64,000 nucleotides of DNA, from NCBI GenBank assembly GCA_965153285.1, contig OZ229110.1; one strand, written 5' to 3'. Both the position numbers and the translations under genes were made by a program. Origin of the DNA: Podarcis tiliguerta (lineage: Eukaryota). Positions within the stretch are counted from its first letter, which is position 1. Each line of letters begins with the position of its first letter. This document shows positions 24,075 through 35,300 of the stretch, one piece after another. The notes below the pieces were generated by a model. It saw nothing but the letters and a program-made list of their open reading frames with translations, had not been told where the DNA came from and searched no databases.

Positions 24075-26000
24075 CTGTACGGGAAACAGAAAAGGAGCGG
24101 GGAGGGGAGGGGCGGGGTGGAAGAAGAGAGAAATGAAAAACAAGAAATCTTACGTTTCAAACCGAAACATTCAAGAAACTGGGGAAGAAAAGGGGCCTCA
24201 CCCAGGGAAAAAACGGAAGCAAGGCAAGAAAGAACAGATGAGCAAATCCCCCCCTCCCAAAAAAAAAAAAAAAGAGGGAGGGGAAATCACCAAAAAAAAC
24301 TCCACCCAACCCTAGACTGTGCTACAAAAGGAGCCGCTTCCAGGCTTTCTGAACAACTCCTGCGAGAAGGGGGAGAAAGGCTACACACCACACGCAGGAG
24401 GGAGGGAAGGCAGAGGGAGGGGGGAAGTAACCCTCTCCGCACGCTGGCACCTAGCCAAAGATAGCCCAGGCTGCACAGGTACGCGCCAGCCCGCTCCGAC
24501 AGCTCCAGTCCTGGGGATAATACTAAGCACATTGTTTGGGAGCTGCCTGCCAGCCCACTGCGCTGTCAGAGGCTGCCCTGAGGCTGTGCATTTTTTTCCT
24601 ATTTCCACCCCTCCTTTCGTGACTAAACTTCACACACACACACACACACCCCACACACAAATGGGCCGAGCCCTCCCTCTTTTGGGGAGTCATGTTTCTA
24701 AGTCGTTAACTCCAGCAAGAATGTTGAAAATGTACAGGCTATGCTCCCCTCCTTAGGAGGCAGCATCACTTTACGGTTGTATGGATTTGGAACAGGACCA
24801 GGAAAAGAAAAGAAGGGGGGATTGTTCCTCCCTCCTCCCACTGTCCCAAAAAAAACCAGCTTAGGAAACAAAAGGATGAGCGCTCTTGGCCTAATTTTCT
24901 CATCTCACCTTGCTTTGCTTTGTTCAAATGCTTGTTGCAAAAGCTCACTGGACAGCAAGGCAGCAAAGTCATTATTTTATTATATTGGCTGTTCAGGCTG
25001 GGGAAAGTCCTTACAATCCATTTCCTCATAAGAGCCCATTTTGTTCCTATTTTGCAGAAGAAGAACTGAGGACATGGAAGTAGGATTGCTCCAGGCCAAC
25101 CACTAAAGTCCTAGTCTGCTCAACTAACCAATAGGACAAACCAATTCACAAGGAACAAACCAATTCACAAGGAATGTTACATTTGAAAGTACTGTACCAT
25201 GATTCAGCAAAGGGCCTCTCATCCCACTCTGCTTTTGAACTGTGGCTTCTTTGGCATCCGCATCTAATGTGGAGCTCACTGCCCTCTGCAGCCAACCCCA
25301 GCAGTCTCCACTCAGGTAAGACCAGCAACAAGTGAAAGAGGAAGACTATGGACTCATTCATGCTGTTACTTAATATGGATAGCAAGCTTCCTGTGCCTCC
25401 ATTCATTCTCTGCTGTCCATATAACATTCTCCCTCAAAATCACTGCTTCCAACACTTCTCCCTCGCACAATCCAGATTTCCTCATACCCTCACCTTTTCA
25501 GAATATCCCTGGTGTAAGAAAATCTAGATTGACAGAGGGGAAAGCGTGGAAAGGCAGTGATTTGGAGGAGAACGTAAAATGGACAATGGACGCTTAAAGG
25601 AGCTACGGGAAGCTTACTATCCACAATGAACACAAGCATGGAAAAGCCCCTTGTTCCAAAGACTGCTCTTGTTGGCATCATGATAACAAGCTCTTCCCAA
25701 TCAACTCACATCATAAAATGAGCAGAAAGGTGAGTACTTTATTATGCCTCCTATCCCTTCTAATAAGAGCTGTGGTTGAGAGTTGAAGCTGAACATATTT
25801 TAACTAGAAATGTGCCACCACTGCTTAGCTGTGCAGACATGGGCAGGCTTTGCAGCCAGGTAAGGATTCAAACCACTGCCATCTCTGGTCCAAGTCCAGC
25901 TTTCTATCTCCTACAAGAGGTGTGGGCAACCTGGTGCCCTCCAGATGTTGCTGAACCTCAGAGCCCATCATCCCAAACCCCTGGCAATACTGGCTAGGGA

Positions 26001-26183
26001 TATAGACCGCTGTCTTATACTGATTTGGCCCACTGGGTCCATCAAGTTCAGTAGCGTCTGTTCTGATTGGCAGCAGCTTTCCAGGATTTCAGGCATAAGT
26101 ATCCCACCTAAAGATGTGGGGGAATGAACCTGGGACCTTCTGCATGTTAGGCAAACAGTCTGTCCCTGAGTTGCATCCCTTCC
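26001..26183 (-). mobile_element. tRNA-derived squamate SINE
   Basis: B-box-like gaacctgggaccttctgcatg and a body shared with 7718 and 59307. Confidence 0.7.
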
Positions 26184-26318
26184 ACATGGGCTCAATGGAA
26201 ACAGGAGTTCAAAAGTATATTGAGAGCCACCATCATCCCCCAGTCCACCCCTACAAAACACCAGCTCATCTTACCCGAAAGGCTAGGAGAATGTAATAAC
26301 AAACTTCACCTAGATGAT

Positions 26319-26654
26319 AAAGGTAAAGGTAGGGGGACCCCTGACCGTTAGGTCCAGTCGCGGATGACTCTGGGGTTGCTCATCTCGCTTTACAGGCTGA
26401 GGGAGCCGGCGTTTGTCTGCAGACAGTTTTTCCGGGTCATGTGGCCAGCATGACTAAGCCACTTCTGGCAAACCAGAGCAGCGCACGAAAATGCCATTTA
26501 CCTTCCCGCCGGAGCGGTACTCATTTATCTACTTGCACTTTGACGTGCTTTCGAACTGCTAGGTGGGCAGGAGCAGGGACCGGGCAATGGGAGCTCACCC
26601 CGTCGAGGAGATTCGGACCACCAACCTTCTGATTGGCAAGCCCTAGGCTCTGTG
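26319..26654 (-). mobile_element. Sauria SINE (slightly 5'-truncated)
   Basis: (ACCTTT)n tail read as aaaggtaaaggt; body gggtcatgtggccagcatgactaagcc...gctttcgaactgctagg. Confidence 0.92.
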
Positions 26655-29067
26655 TGTTCAAAATCCTCACAAGCTTGAGGATGAAGTGAAGATGGGGGGG
26701 GGGAGATTATTTTTTTCATGCTTAAACTGCCTTGAGGCTTTAAAAAATGTTTTATGTTAAAAAAGAAAAGCCCAAGATAGAGCAAAGCCAGATGCATTGC
26801 TTTTGCTCCTCTCTAAGGTTTTGAAGTTGTGTGAGCACAGAGCAGTTACAGAAAGCACTGCAAGGAGACTGTGTGCATTTCAAAGTACCTTCTATAAAAC
26901 ATTCCATGTGGGACGGGGAGCATGGTGGACTCCTGAACAATAAATGCATACATGGAATGTCATGGGAATGCCTTAATTCCACAAGCACATGTTCTCCCTG
27001 CCTCCCTAACCCAGCACACTGGTAGAGATCTTGAGCTCCTGATAAAAATCACTTCCCAGTGCCATCCAATTTTGTCTGGGAAAGAGAGCTCCCAACCCAC
27101 CTTGCAAGGCCAGCTTAGTACCATGCATGGAGGAGCATTAGCCCCTACATAGCAATGCTCTGTGTATGCTCCCATGTCACAAGGACAAACAGAAAAGGCA
27201 CAGAATGTGTTACTGAGTGCAGGCTTCAGAGTGCTTTAAAGAAATCCCAGATTTCATTTTACATAGCTGCTCTTAGAAATGTGTGACCAATGCCTGCTGG
27301 AATGGTGGCTGAATAAGATTTCTAGGGGGTGGGCATGAGACATCAGAACCTTCAATAACAGCTTCTCCCTCCTCATTATTAACAAAATCAAATTCTGCAA
27401 AAAAAGGGGTAGAGCCTGAAAATTATGCAAAATAAAGAGAAGTAATGCACGCTTGTACTACTTGGGGTTTGTTCACAGTGGAGTTCACCATCTGTTTGCA
27501 GCTCTTTGCATTTCCATGTAAATGCCCCAGTAATTTCAGGTTTACCCAATATGGGTAAATTGCAGGAAATCAGATTTGTTCAAACTGCTCCATTTAGGGT
27601 TGCAGGTTATTTGTTTTGGTGCTTTGGGGTGGGTGAATCAATTGTCACTTTCTGCTGCTCCCCTTTTCATGTCCACTACTTCTTCAATGCTTTCACTTCA
27701 TAACTGGTATGCTCCTGAATAGGTTCTTTTTTTTCCCCCAATCCCTCTGATTTGCACAAAAACAGAAAACTGCACAAGCAAACCACATTAAAAAAATTCT
27801 GTACCAGATATCCTAGGCAGCAATCTGAAAAGTCGGTGCTGAGAATGTACAATTGCTTTCATTTCTTTTTTTCAACAGAAAGGCGTGAAAGGAGCATAGC
27901 CATATATCAGATTTGCACAAAAACCAAATGCTGCGCAAGCAAATCTACAAGTGCCTGGCTGTGTGCTTTTGCACAATTCTGGGGCAGGGAAACACTAAAA
28001 GGAATGCATTTTATGAGCAAGAAGGACTGAAGCTGTTCCTCCTATACAAATTCAAATACGTGCAGATGTGGTCTATTCTGGTCTAAACCGAATGGAGGGA
28101 AAGTGGATAAACAGCTAAAAATGCCCAAAGGTGGACAAGCCTAACCATAAATTATTTAGGTTGTAGAATTCAGTATTTCTTGGCACACAATCTGAATTGT
28201 CTGGGTGCATAATTTGTTTTATTCCATATTGAACATACACGGTGCTGTCCAAGTGATAAACTTAGTGGAGGCAAATAACAGCTTGCTTTCACACCAGCCC
28301 CTTTTCTTTCAAATTTGCATCATTCATTCACTCATTCATTGATATTACAAAGAATTGAAACAACATCACTGCCAAACTGTTGCAATCCAATACTTCTCCT
28401 GTTGTTCTTCCATCCTTCTTTGGTTCATAGCACTTTAAAAAAAAATGCAGTACATTTCCTATCCATCAGGAAGTGGCAAAGCTTTATTACAGCAGCTAAG
28501 AGGAGCTATTGTGGGTGGAGATGTACCAACATTTCCTGGTTGCACTGCCTTCCATGAGTGCCAGGCTACTCTTTTATCTTATTTATTTATTTGCTAAATC
28601 TGTATCCCAGCTTTCTGCCAAATGGTGCTCAAAGCAGCTATGGGTCCTGCAGTGTGGTTCCTCCCACCATTGCTTTAAAATAATTTTTAAAAATTCCTTT
28701 GACGCATTCCGTCACACTTTTTAATATAACGTTTTCTTTTCCTATCAGTGCACAACAGCACAAGCATGTTTAATATAAAGAGGAGGAGGAGGAAGTGAAG
28801 AAGTGAAGAAAGAGAAGGAAGAGAGGCAGCCAGCCAACCGTTGCCGCCACTGGGGAAGAATAACTGCATCGACAGAACTGGACTCCTTACCCCAGTTGAG
28901 ATCAAGCACTGGAGAGACTGTCCAAACTTGCCACAGTCAAAACAACAGAGGGCAAAGGAACCCCAAGGCAAGCAGAGGAGACAGGGAATGGAACACACAC
29001 ACAGGGAGAGAGGGCTCACCCACACTTGTCCCATGTTTTCTTCTGCTTGTTCCTGCTTTCAAGACAT

Positions 29068-29268
29068 GGGTCCAAAGGGTTTCCAAAGGGTTTTTCTTTC
29101 ATCCTGCCACTTTCCCCAGGAAAACCCACTGTTTACTGCTGAATCGGAACAAACACCAATTCGCAGAAAACCCAGTTCAGGTTTGTAAACAGCGATCCAT
29201 CAGTAAACAACGGGTTTTCCCAGGGAAAGTGGTGCTGCAAAATAAAAAAACCTATCGGAACTGTGCCT
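29068..29268. mobile_element. Palindromic MITE-like element
   Basis: Inverted arms ccactttccccaggaaaacccactgtttactg (29108-29139) / cagtaaacaacgggttttcccagggaaagtgg (29201-29232). Confidence 0.6.
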
Positions 29269-29818
29269 AGAAAGCACAGCACAAGCGGTAGCAGGGACAA
29301 GCCCACAATTACCAAAGGAAAGGGCCAGCCAGGAATGGAATGCACCCGACTACTGTCCTGGTACAAAGGACATGCCAATAACCACACCACGCTTGCCTTA
29401 TATTCTAGGAAATGTCCGGCTGAAGCAAACAGAGCTTCCTTCTGATTAAACATACCCAGGATCTTGCTTTAAGGCCTAAGTCAGCCATACCCATCCTCTT
29501 CTGCCTTCGCTGTGGGAACAGTCTCAGTGAAGACAGCAAAGGGGAATATGTTGCACTAAATTATGTGCCGTGCGGTACCATCGTTTGTATATTATTTGTA
29601 GCTTACTGCCGAAGAACCATAGTATGGCTTGCAAACCAACAGTGACCATCTGCGGGCCAGGTGTAGTTACAGCGCCACCAGTTGCTGGACCAGTCATAGG
29701 AATCTGGAGTAGGGAGGCAAGGGAATGCCTGTCTCCCCTGGATGAACCAAAAAAGTAAGGCCTCAGCTGCACTATAGATTTAAAGCAGTTTCATGGCTTC
29801 CTCCCGAAAATGCTGGGC

Positions 29819-30147
29819 CAGTGCTGAAGTTACGCATAAGCTAAACAAGCTATAGCTTAGGGCCCCACTCTCTTGGGGGCCCCCAAAAAAATTTAAAGGG
29901 AAAAAAATGTATTTCACTATTAATATACTGCTTCTTAATTGTATTTCAGTTCAACAATTACTTTGATAAAATACATATTTTGTTATGTGCAAATGGCTTT
30001 AGATACCTATTAGGTCCATCAATTACCATATAGCATACATTCAACAAAAAACAGTTATCATTTGTTGTTGACAGAGGACAGATGGACATATAAAGCGCCC
30101 CATTACTTCAGTAGCTTAGGGCCTCATCAAACCTAAACCCGGCCCTG
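29819..30147. mobile_element. Non-autonomous hAT element nested in the Harbinger-like MITE
   Basis: cagtgctgaagtta...cctaaacccggccctg termini, with repeated tagcttagggcc subterminal motifs; splits the host at ctggg. Confidence 0.7.
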
Positions 30148-30187
30148 CTGGGAACTGTAGTTTGTTAAGAGTGCTGAAAGTTGTTAG

Positions 30188-30318
30188 AGTTGTAGAATTG
30201 GAAGGGCCAAGAAGGTCATCTAGTTCAACCCCCTGTGACGCAGGAATCTTTTGCCCAATGGGGCTTGAACCCACAACCATGAGATTAAGAGCCTCATTCT
30301 CTATCAACTGAGCTATCA
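30188..30318 (-). mobile_element. tRNA-Lys-derived SINE with CR1-type tail
   Basis: Minus strand gatagctcagttgatagagaatgaggctcttaatctcatggttgtgggttcaagcccc (A/B boxes, CTT loop), then ctagatgacc...cccttccaattctacaactct; TSD ttgttag at 30181-30187 and 30319-30325. Confidence 0.85.
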
Positions 30319-30882
30319 TTGTTAGGAGACCCCTATTCCCTTCACAGAGCTAAAATCCCCAGAACTCCCTGGGAAGAAGGGTTGATTGTAGCACTGTGAG
30401 GGGAAGTGAATGAAGTCGTAGAAATGACTGGAATTTATGAAGCCAGTCTAGACAATTAAATAAAGAGAAGGGTAGAACACGACACAACTATTGTCTGGAG
30501 AAAGAACCTCTTGGTCCATTTATCACAGGGGCAAGGGGGACTGTAGCCGAGAGCATGATTTAAGCCAGTCTTGCAAAGTAACTGTTATATCCATTTTGCT
30601 GGGAGTTCTGTATGGCATTCCGGCAGCACAGTCCAGTGCTGTTTGTTATCCTGACATGTTGGGTTTTTGTTTTGCTTTTTAAGGAGAAATGCATAGAATT
30701 GTGAAGTTGATTGCAGCAGCAGTGCAATTAACTAAGGGCGGATGGGTGAATAAAATCAGGGAAAGAATTGAGTATTTCATTTGCAGATGGAAGGATATCA
30801 AGATTATTTGGAAACTTACTGTAAACACATTAAAAAGTTAACAATAAAAGATTAAATTCAGCAGTAAGAAATATTGAGATAT

Positions 30883-31120
30883 TGGGCCTTCTTGGTAGTG
30901 GCACTCACACTGTGGAACACCCTCCCATCAGATGTCAGGGAAGTAAGTACATATCCTATTTTTAAAAGACATCTGAAGGCAGCTCTGTTTAGGGAAGTTT
31001 TTAATATTTAATGCTGTATTGTTTTTAACACTCGATTGGGAGCCGTCCAGAGTGGCTGGGGAAACTCAGCCAGATGGGCGGGGTATAAATAATAAATTTT
31101 TATTATTAAATTTTTATTAT
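30883..31120 (+). mobile_element. L2 LINE 3' end
   Basis: tgtggaacaccctcccatcagatgtc...gacatctgaaggcagc...cagagtggctggggaaactcagccagatgggcggggtataaataataa. Confidence 0.85.
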
Positions 31121-32388
31121 AAAACTGACAAAAAATAAGTTATGGGGAAAAGAAATTAACAAAATCAACCATGGCAGAGGTGGGAGTCAATACCAATTCT
31201 GCATTTTGTATTTGAAGTATTGTTATTCTTTCAAAATGATTAATTTTTTAAAAGAGAAGAAGGACATCATCAAAACACGAAGTGTGCCCAATGAAAGAGA
31301 GGTCTACCAATGGAGAAACCATGGAGAGGGAGAGCTGGTTAAGAGTTACTCAAAGGCCAGGTCTACTAAGCCTCACCACTCAGGCACCAGATATACCAAA
31401 AATGGAAGATCTGTTACCTGGTAGTAGTTATATGTATAGATACTTGATGTGCTCTATTGCCACCCACCCATCTTCACCCCATGTACCCCCAACATGCCCA
31501 AATACTACCCCTTTCTGTTTACAGGAAAAACAAAACAAATAATCAATTAGTCCTGTTTCCATGGGGCTCAGAAATAACAGGACAAACAACAAACATGATA
31601 TAGCATCTTGTGATTTTGCATGATTTTGAGGGTTTAGTTCCTAATTTTGCTCTGACAAAGAAGCAGCCCTGCATCTCCACCCAACTGTGGCCTGGTAACT
31701 AACAACATACACAAGCACAATTTTTCAGATTTTTGTGGCTGAGTTACTTTGACAATATACAAGTGACATATCATCATTTGGCCCATGGTAAATTTCCTGG
31801 GTGGCCTTCATTGCTAAACAAGATGTTCACCCTCACAGTGGGGGAAGGTATGCATTTAAGGTTTATTGCTCTGTTAATATTTAATGTGTCACTAGCTGAT
31901 CTCGAGCTCCATTGGATGAGCACTTAGCAAAGAGGAGATTCTAATGCACATAACTACATCCAGCACAAACTTTGCCTTTGCTAAAGAGATCTTGCGGTGT
32001 ATGTACACCAATCTGGCTATAGAGCATTTCAAAGCACATTGTGAACATTTTCTCATAAATCCATATAATGGTCCTATAAGGTACTCCAGAACTGTTGTTC
32101 TTACTTTGAAGGTAGGTGGTCTGCGTGTGTTGGGGCTTTAAAGGGGAGAAGAGATTTCCCTAAAGCCATCTCCCTGCACAGCTGAGGGGAGACTTGAGTT
32201 TACAGCAGTAGTACTAGACCAGCCATTTAAAAAAATAAATCAAAATATAGCTTCATATTTGGTAAAGAGCCTGTTGTTTATTCATGGTACAGATGATAAG
32301 AAAGGGGACGCTTGGTTATCTACACTATTCCTAATAAATCTTATGGCTATGTACAGTTTAAAAAGACTCTCTTGCTGTGTAATTCTTT

Positions 32389-33776
32389 TTTTTATTTAAA
32401 GTTTTTATTTATACAACAAGAAAAACAAACAAACAGAAAACAGAAATACCAAATTATACACAAATTACAAAAATAACCATAGACACATAATATTCTTAAA
32501 AGGTAAAGGTACCCCTGTCCGTACGGGCCAGTCTTGACAGACTCTAGGGTTGTGCGCCCATCTCACTCAAAGAGGCCGTGGGCCAGCGCTGTCCGAAGAC
32601 ACTTCCGGGTCACGTGGCCAGCGTGACATCACTGCTCTGGCGAGCCAGAGCCGCACACGGAAACGCCGTTTACCTTCCCGCTAGTAAGCGGTCCCTATTT
32701 ATCTACTTGCACCCAGGGGTGCTTTCGAACTGCTGGTTGGCAGGCGCTGGGACCGAACAGTGGGAGCGCACCCCGTTGCGGGGATTCGAACCGCCGACCT
32801 TTCGATCAGCAAGCCCTAGGCACTGAGGCTTTAACCCACAGCGCCACCCGCGTCCCCTATAATATTCTTAGCAAACAATAAAACATCTATTGGTCTTAAC
32901 ACTAAAGACCCAACCTCCCGTCTATTCCATACTTCAAATTCATATTACTTATTGCCAATACACTTTTTTTTTCATAATTAAACTTATTCTCATTAAATCT
33001 AATTTCTTATATCTACCTTACAACTATTACTGAAGTTCCTCGAATGCTGCAACAGAATTTAAACTACTATATTTATTTTTCAGATATTCTTTAAAAACCT
33101 CCCATTTAGAAACAAATTCCTGTTTTGATTTATTCTTTATTTTTTCTGATAAACCATCTAATTCAGCATATTCTGTCAGCTTTTGGATACAATCTTGAAT
33201 AGAGGGGATTTCATTACTCTTCCATTTTGCTGCGATCAAAACTCTTGCTGCCGCCATCGCATATCAAAAGATACCCTTCCTCTTTTGTGGAATATCCAAA
33301 TCTGTTATTCCCAGGAGGTAGGCCTCTGGTTTTTTATTGAAAGAGATCTTTAGCATTTTTTGCTGTTCTGCATGTATACTCTCCCAGAATACCTGTATTT
33401 TCCTACATATCCACCACATATGGAAGAATGCTCCTGAGTCTCCGCATCTCCAACAATTACTTGATACATATTTATACATTTTTGAAAGCTTCCATGGTGT
33501 TAGATACCATCAATGTTGCATTTTTTGAAAGTTCTCTCTAATCGTGTAACAATTTGTGAATTTCCAATTGATCTTCCATAAATTTTCCCATTGGGCCATG
33601 GTTATTGAGTGGCCAAAATCCTGGGACCACCTCACCATTGCCACTGTTACCTCCTCCTCCTTGACTGTCCAGTCAAGGAGGAGCCGGTAAGTTTTGGAAA
33701 GAGTTTTTCTTTTAGAATTTACAAGATCAGATTCGAATCGGGAGATTTCTGTTGAGAACCCCTTTTGTTTGTCAGA
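32389..33776 (-). mobile_element. 5'-truncated L1 LINE (ORF2 C-terminus, 3'UTR, A-rich tail), interrupted by a SINE
   Basis: Disrupted ORF2 peptides including CWRCGDSGAFFHMWWIC (CCHC motif) and AARVLIAAKWK; T-rich tail at left; 17-bp TSD ttgctgtgtaattcttt at 32372-32388 and 33777-33793. Confidence 0.9.
32499..32858 (-). mobile_element. Sauria SINE (distinct CpG-rich subfamily) inserted in the L1 3'UTR
   Basis: Full length with aaaggtaaaggt tail and gcgccacccgcgtccc head; perfect 12-bp TSD ataatattctta at 32487-32498 and 32859-32870. Confidence 0.93.
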
Positions 33777-34787
33777 TTGCTGTGTAATTCTTTCCGGGAA
33801 ATATGGTTTAATACGGAGGCACTGACTTTTATTATAATGGGAATGAATATAGCTGGGTGTCAAGTCGAACTAGCACCTACTTTAACCCGGATTAAGTGCT
33901 GCACACCAGCACAGAATTCACTCTAGATGGGGACGTGGCCCTGTCGAGGGACAACATTTCCAGATTTATGCACTGCAAAGTCCCACTCCATTCCCCTTTC
34001 CTCCCCAGCCCACCCCTGTGAAGCCCAAAACTTTGGTATGTTGCCAGCAAAGCCTTGGGTTGGGTCAAGTTCAATCACCCCAGAGCGGTTTACATTGGCG
34101 GCTGCAGCCCTTGCCAGAAACAGCATCTGTTACTTTGATACACAAGACAGCCATTGTTCTTAGCAAGGAAAAGTTACAGGAGCAGGGGATTGCTATACAG
34201 GATATGTTACCTTTGCATTTTTAGGCCAAGATTTGAACAGTAGAGAAAACCTGGCCTAGCAGTGAGCAGAAGAGGAGCAGGAGCCAGGGCACTTGGACTC
34301 TCCTCAGCCCTCTCTGTCCTTCTCTTAAAAAAAATAATAATAAGAGAGAGAGTCTTGGGACAAGAATGCAGCCAAGTCCAGACTTGTTAACTGTACTTTT
34401 CTGGGAAGTGGGCTATCAGTATCTGGGCTGATCTACCCCTCCCAACAGTTTTTGAATCTTATCCATGAAACTCTCTTTGTTCTGCTTAGCCTTATCTAAA
34501 GTGGATTTATTATACTTTAGTTTGTTCTGCAATGCCTCCCCAATGTTACCACATTATTGCTATAGCACAACAACAATAAACCAGAACAATTATGTGATAT
34601 GCACTGACTGAAAACGAAGCAGTGTGATTGCTCCATGTGGAATAAAAGGGACACCTGGAGGGACTCAAAAGAAACAAGATTTGCAGCAGGTAGCAAAAGT
34701 GACAAAAGGGAAGACTCCCAAGGAAGTGAGCCTATGCTGGCAGCCTTAGCTCTGTTGTTCAGAAGAACTCACTGCTGCTTAACGTCC

Positions 34788-35300
34788 AAGACCAATTTAA
34801 AGTGCCGACTCTGACCTTTAAAACCCTAAATGATTAGGGGTCAAGTTACTTGCATCCATATGAGCCTGCCCATCTTGCAGGTGCACCACTGGGTACCATC
34901 AGGCTTGAGGGAATGCAGGAAAGGGAAGGACCTTTTCAGCTGTGATCCCTCACCTATGGAACTCCTTCTCCCAGAAGTTATGTTTGGCTCCTTTCCAGTT
35001 TTATTTTAGGTAGGCCCTAAATATATATTTTTTTCAATCCACCTTTGGTTAGGTAGCCAGTAGGGTTTAAAACCTGGTTTTATTATTGCTATTGGAATGG
35101 TATCTGATGTTAGAGGCTGTCATGTTATCACATATGCTGTTTTTGCTTTGTGCTGCTCTGTTGGTTTTTAAATTTTTAAAAAGTTCTAATCTATAGGTGG
35201 TTTTAATTATTTTGTTACAATTTTTTATTGAAAGTGGGTTTGAAAGGACCTTGGTCCTGAAAAGGGGCCCCACAGTCACTCAAATGAAGAAGATATATAA
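34788..35300 (+). mobile_element. Old L2 LINE 3' fragment
   Basis: caatttaaagtgccgactctgacctttaaaaccctaaatg...accttttcagctgtgatccctcacctatggaactcctt, degenerate L2 ORF2 end. Confidence 0.6.

Larger units (their letters stand above)
29759..30405. mobile_element. Harbinger-like MITE, left part, hosting two nested insertions
   Basis: TAA|ggcctcagctgcactatagatttaaagcag...ctgggaactgtagtttgttaagagtgctg...ttgttaggagacccctattccc; same family as 48342-49015. Confidence 0.7.

Noticed and set aside
23454-24464. Long ORFs across the N run and Lys/Glu/Gly-rich ORFs after it
   Set aside because: Artefacts of the gap and of purine-rich low-complexity sequence antisense to polypyrimidine tracts.
30255-30318. 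tRNA-Lys(CTT)-like sequence
   Set aside because: Mutated stems, fused to a CR1-type tail and flanked by a TSD, so it is a SINE head rather than a tRNA gene. The same applies to 50592-50690.
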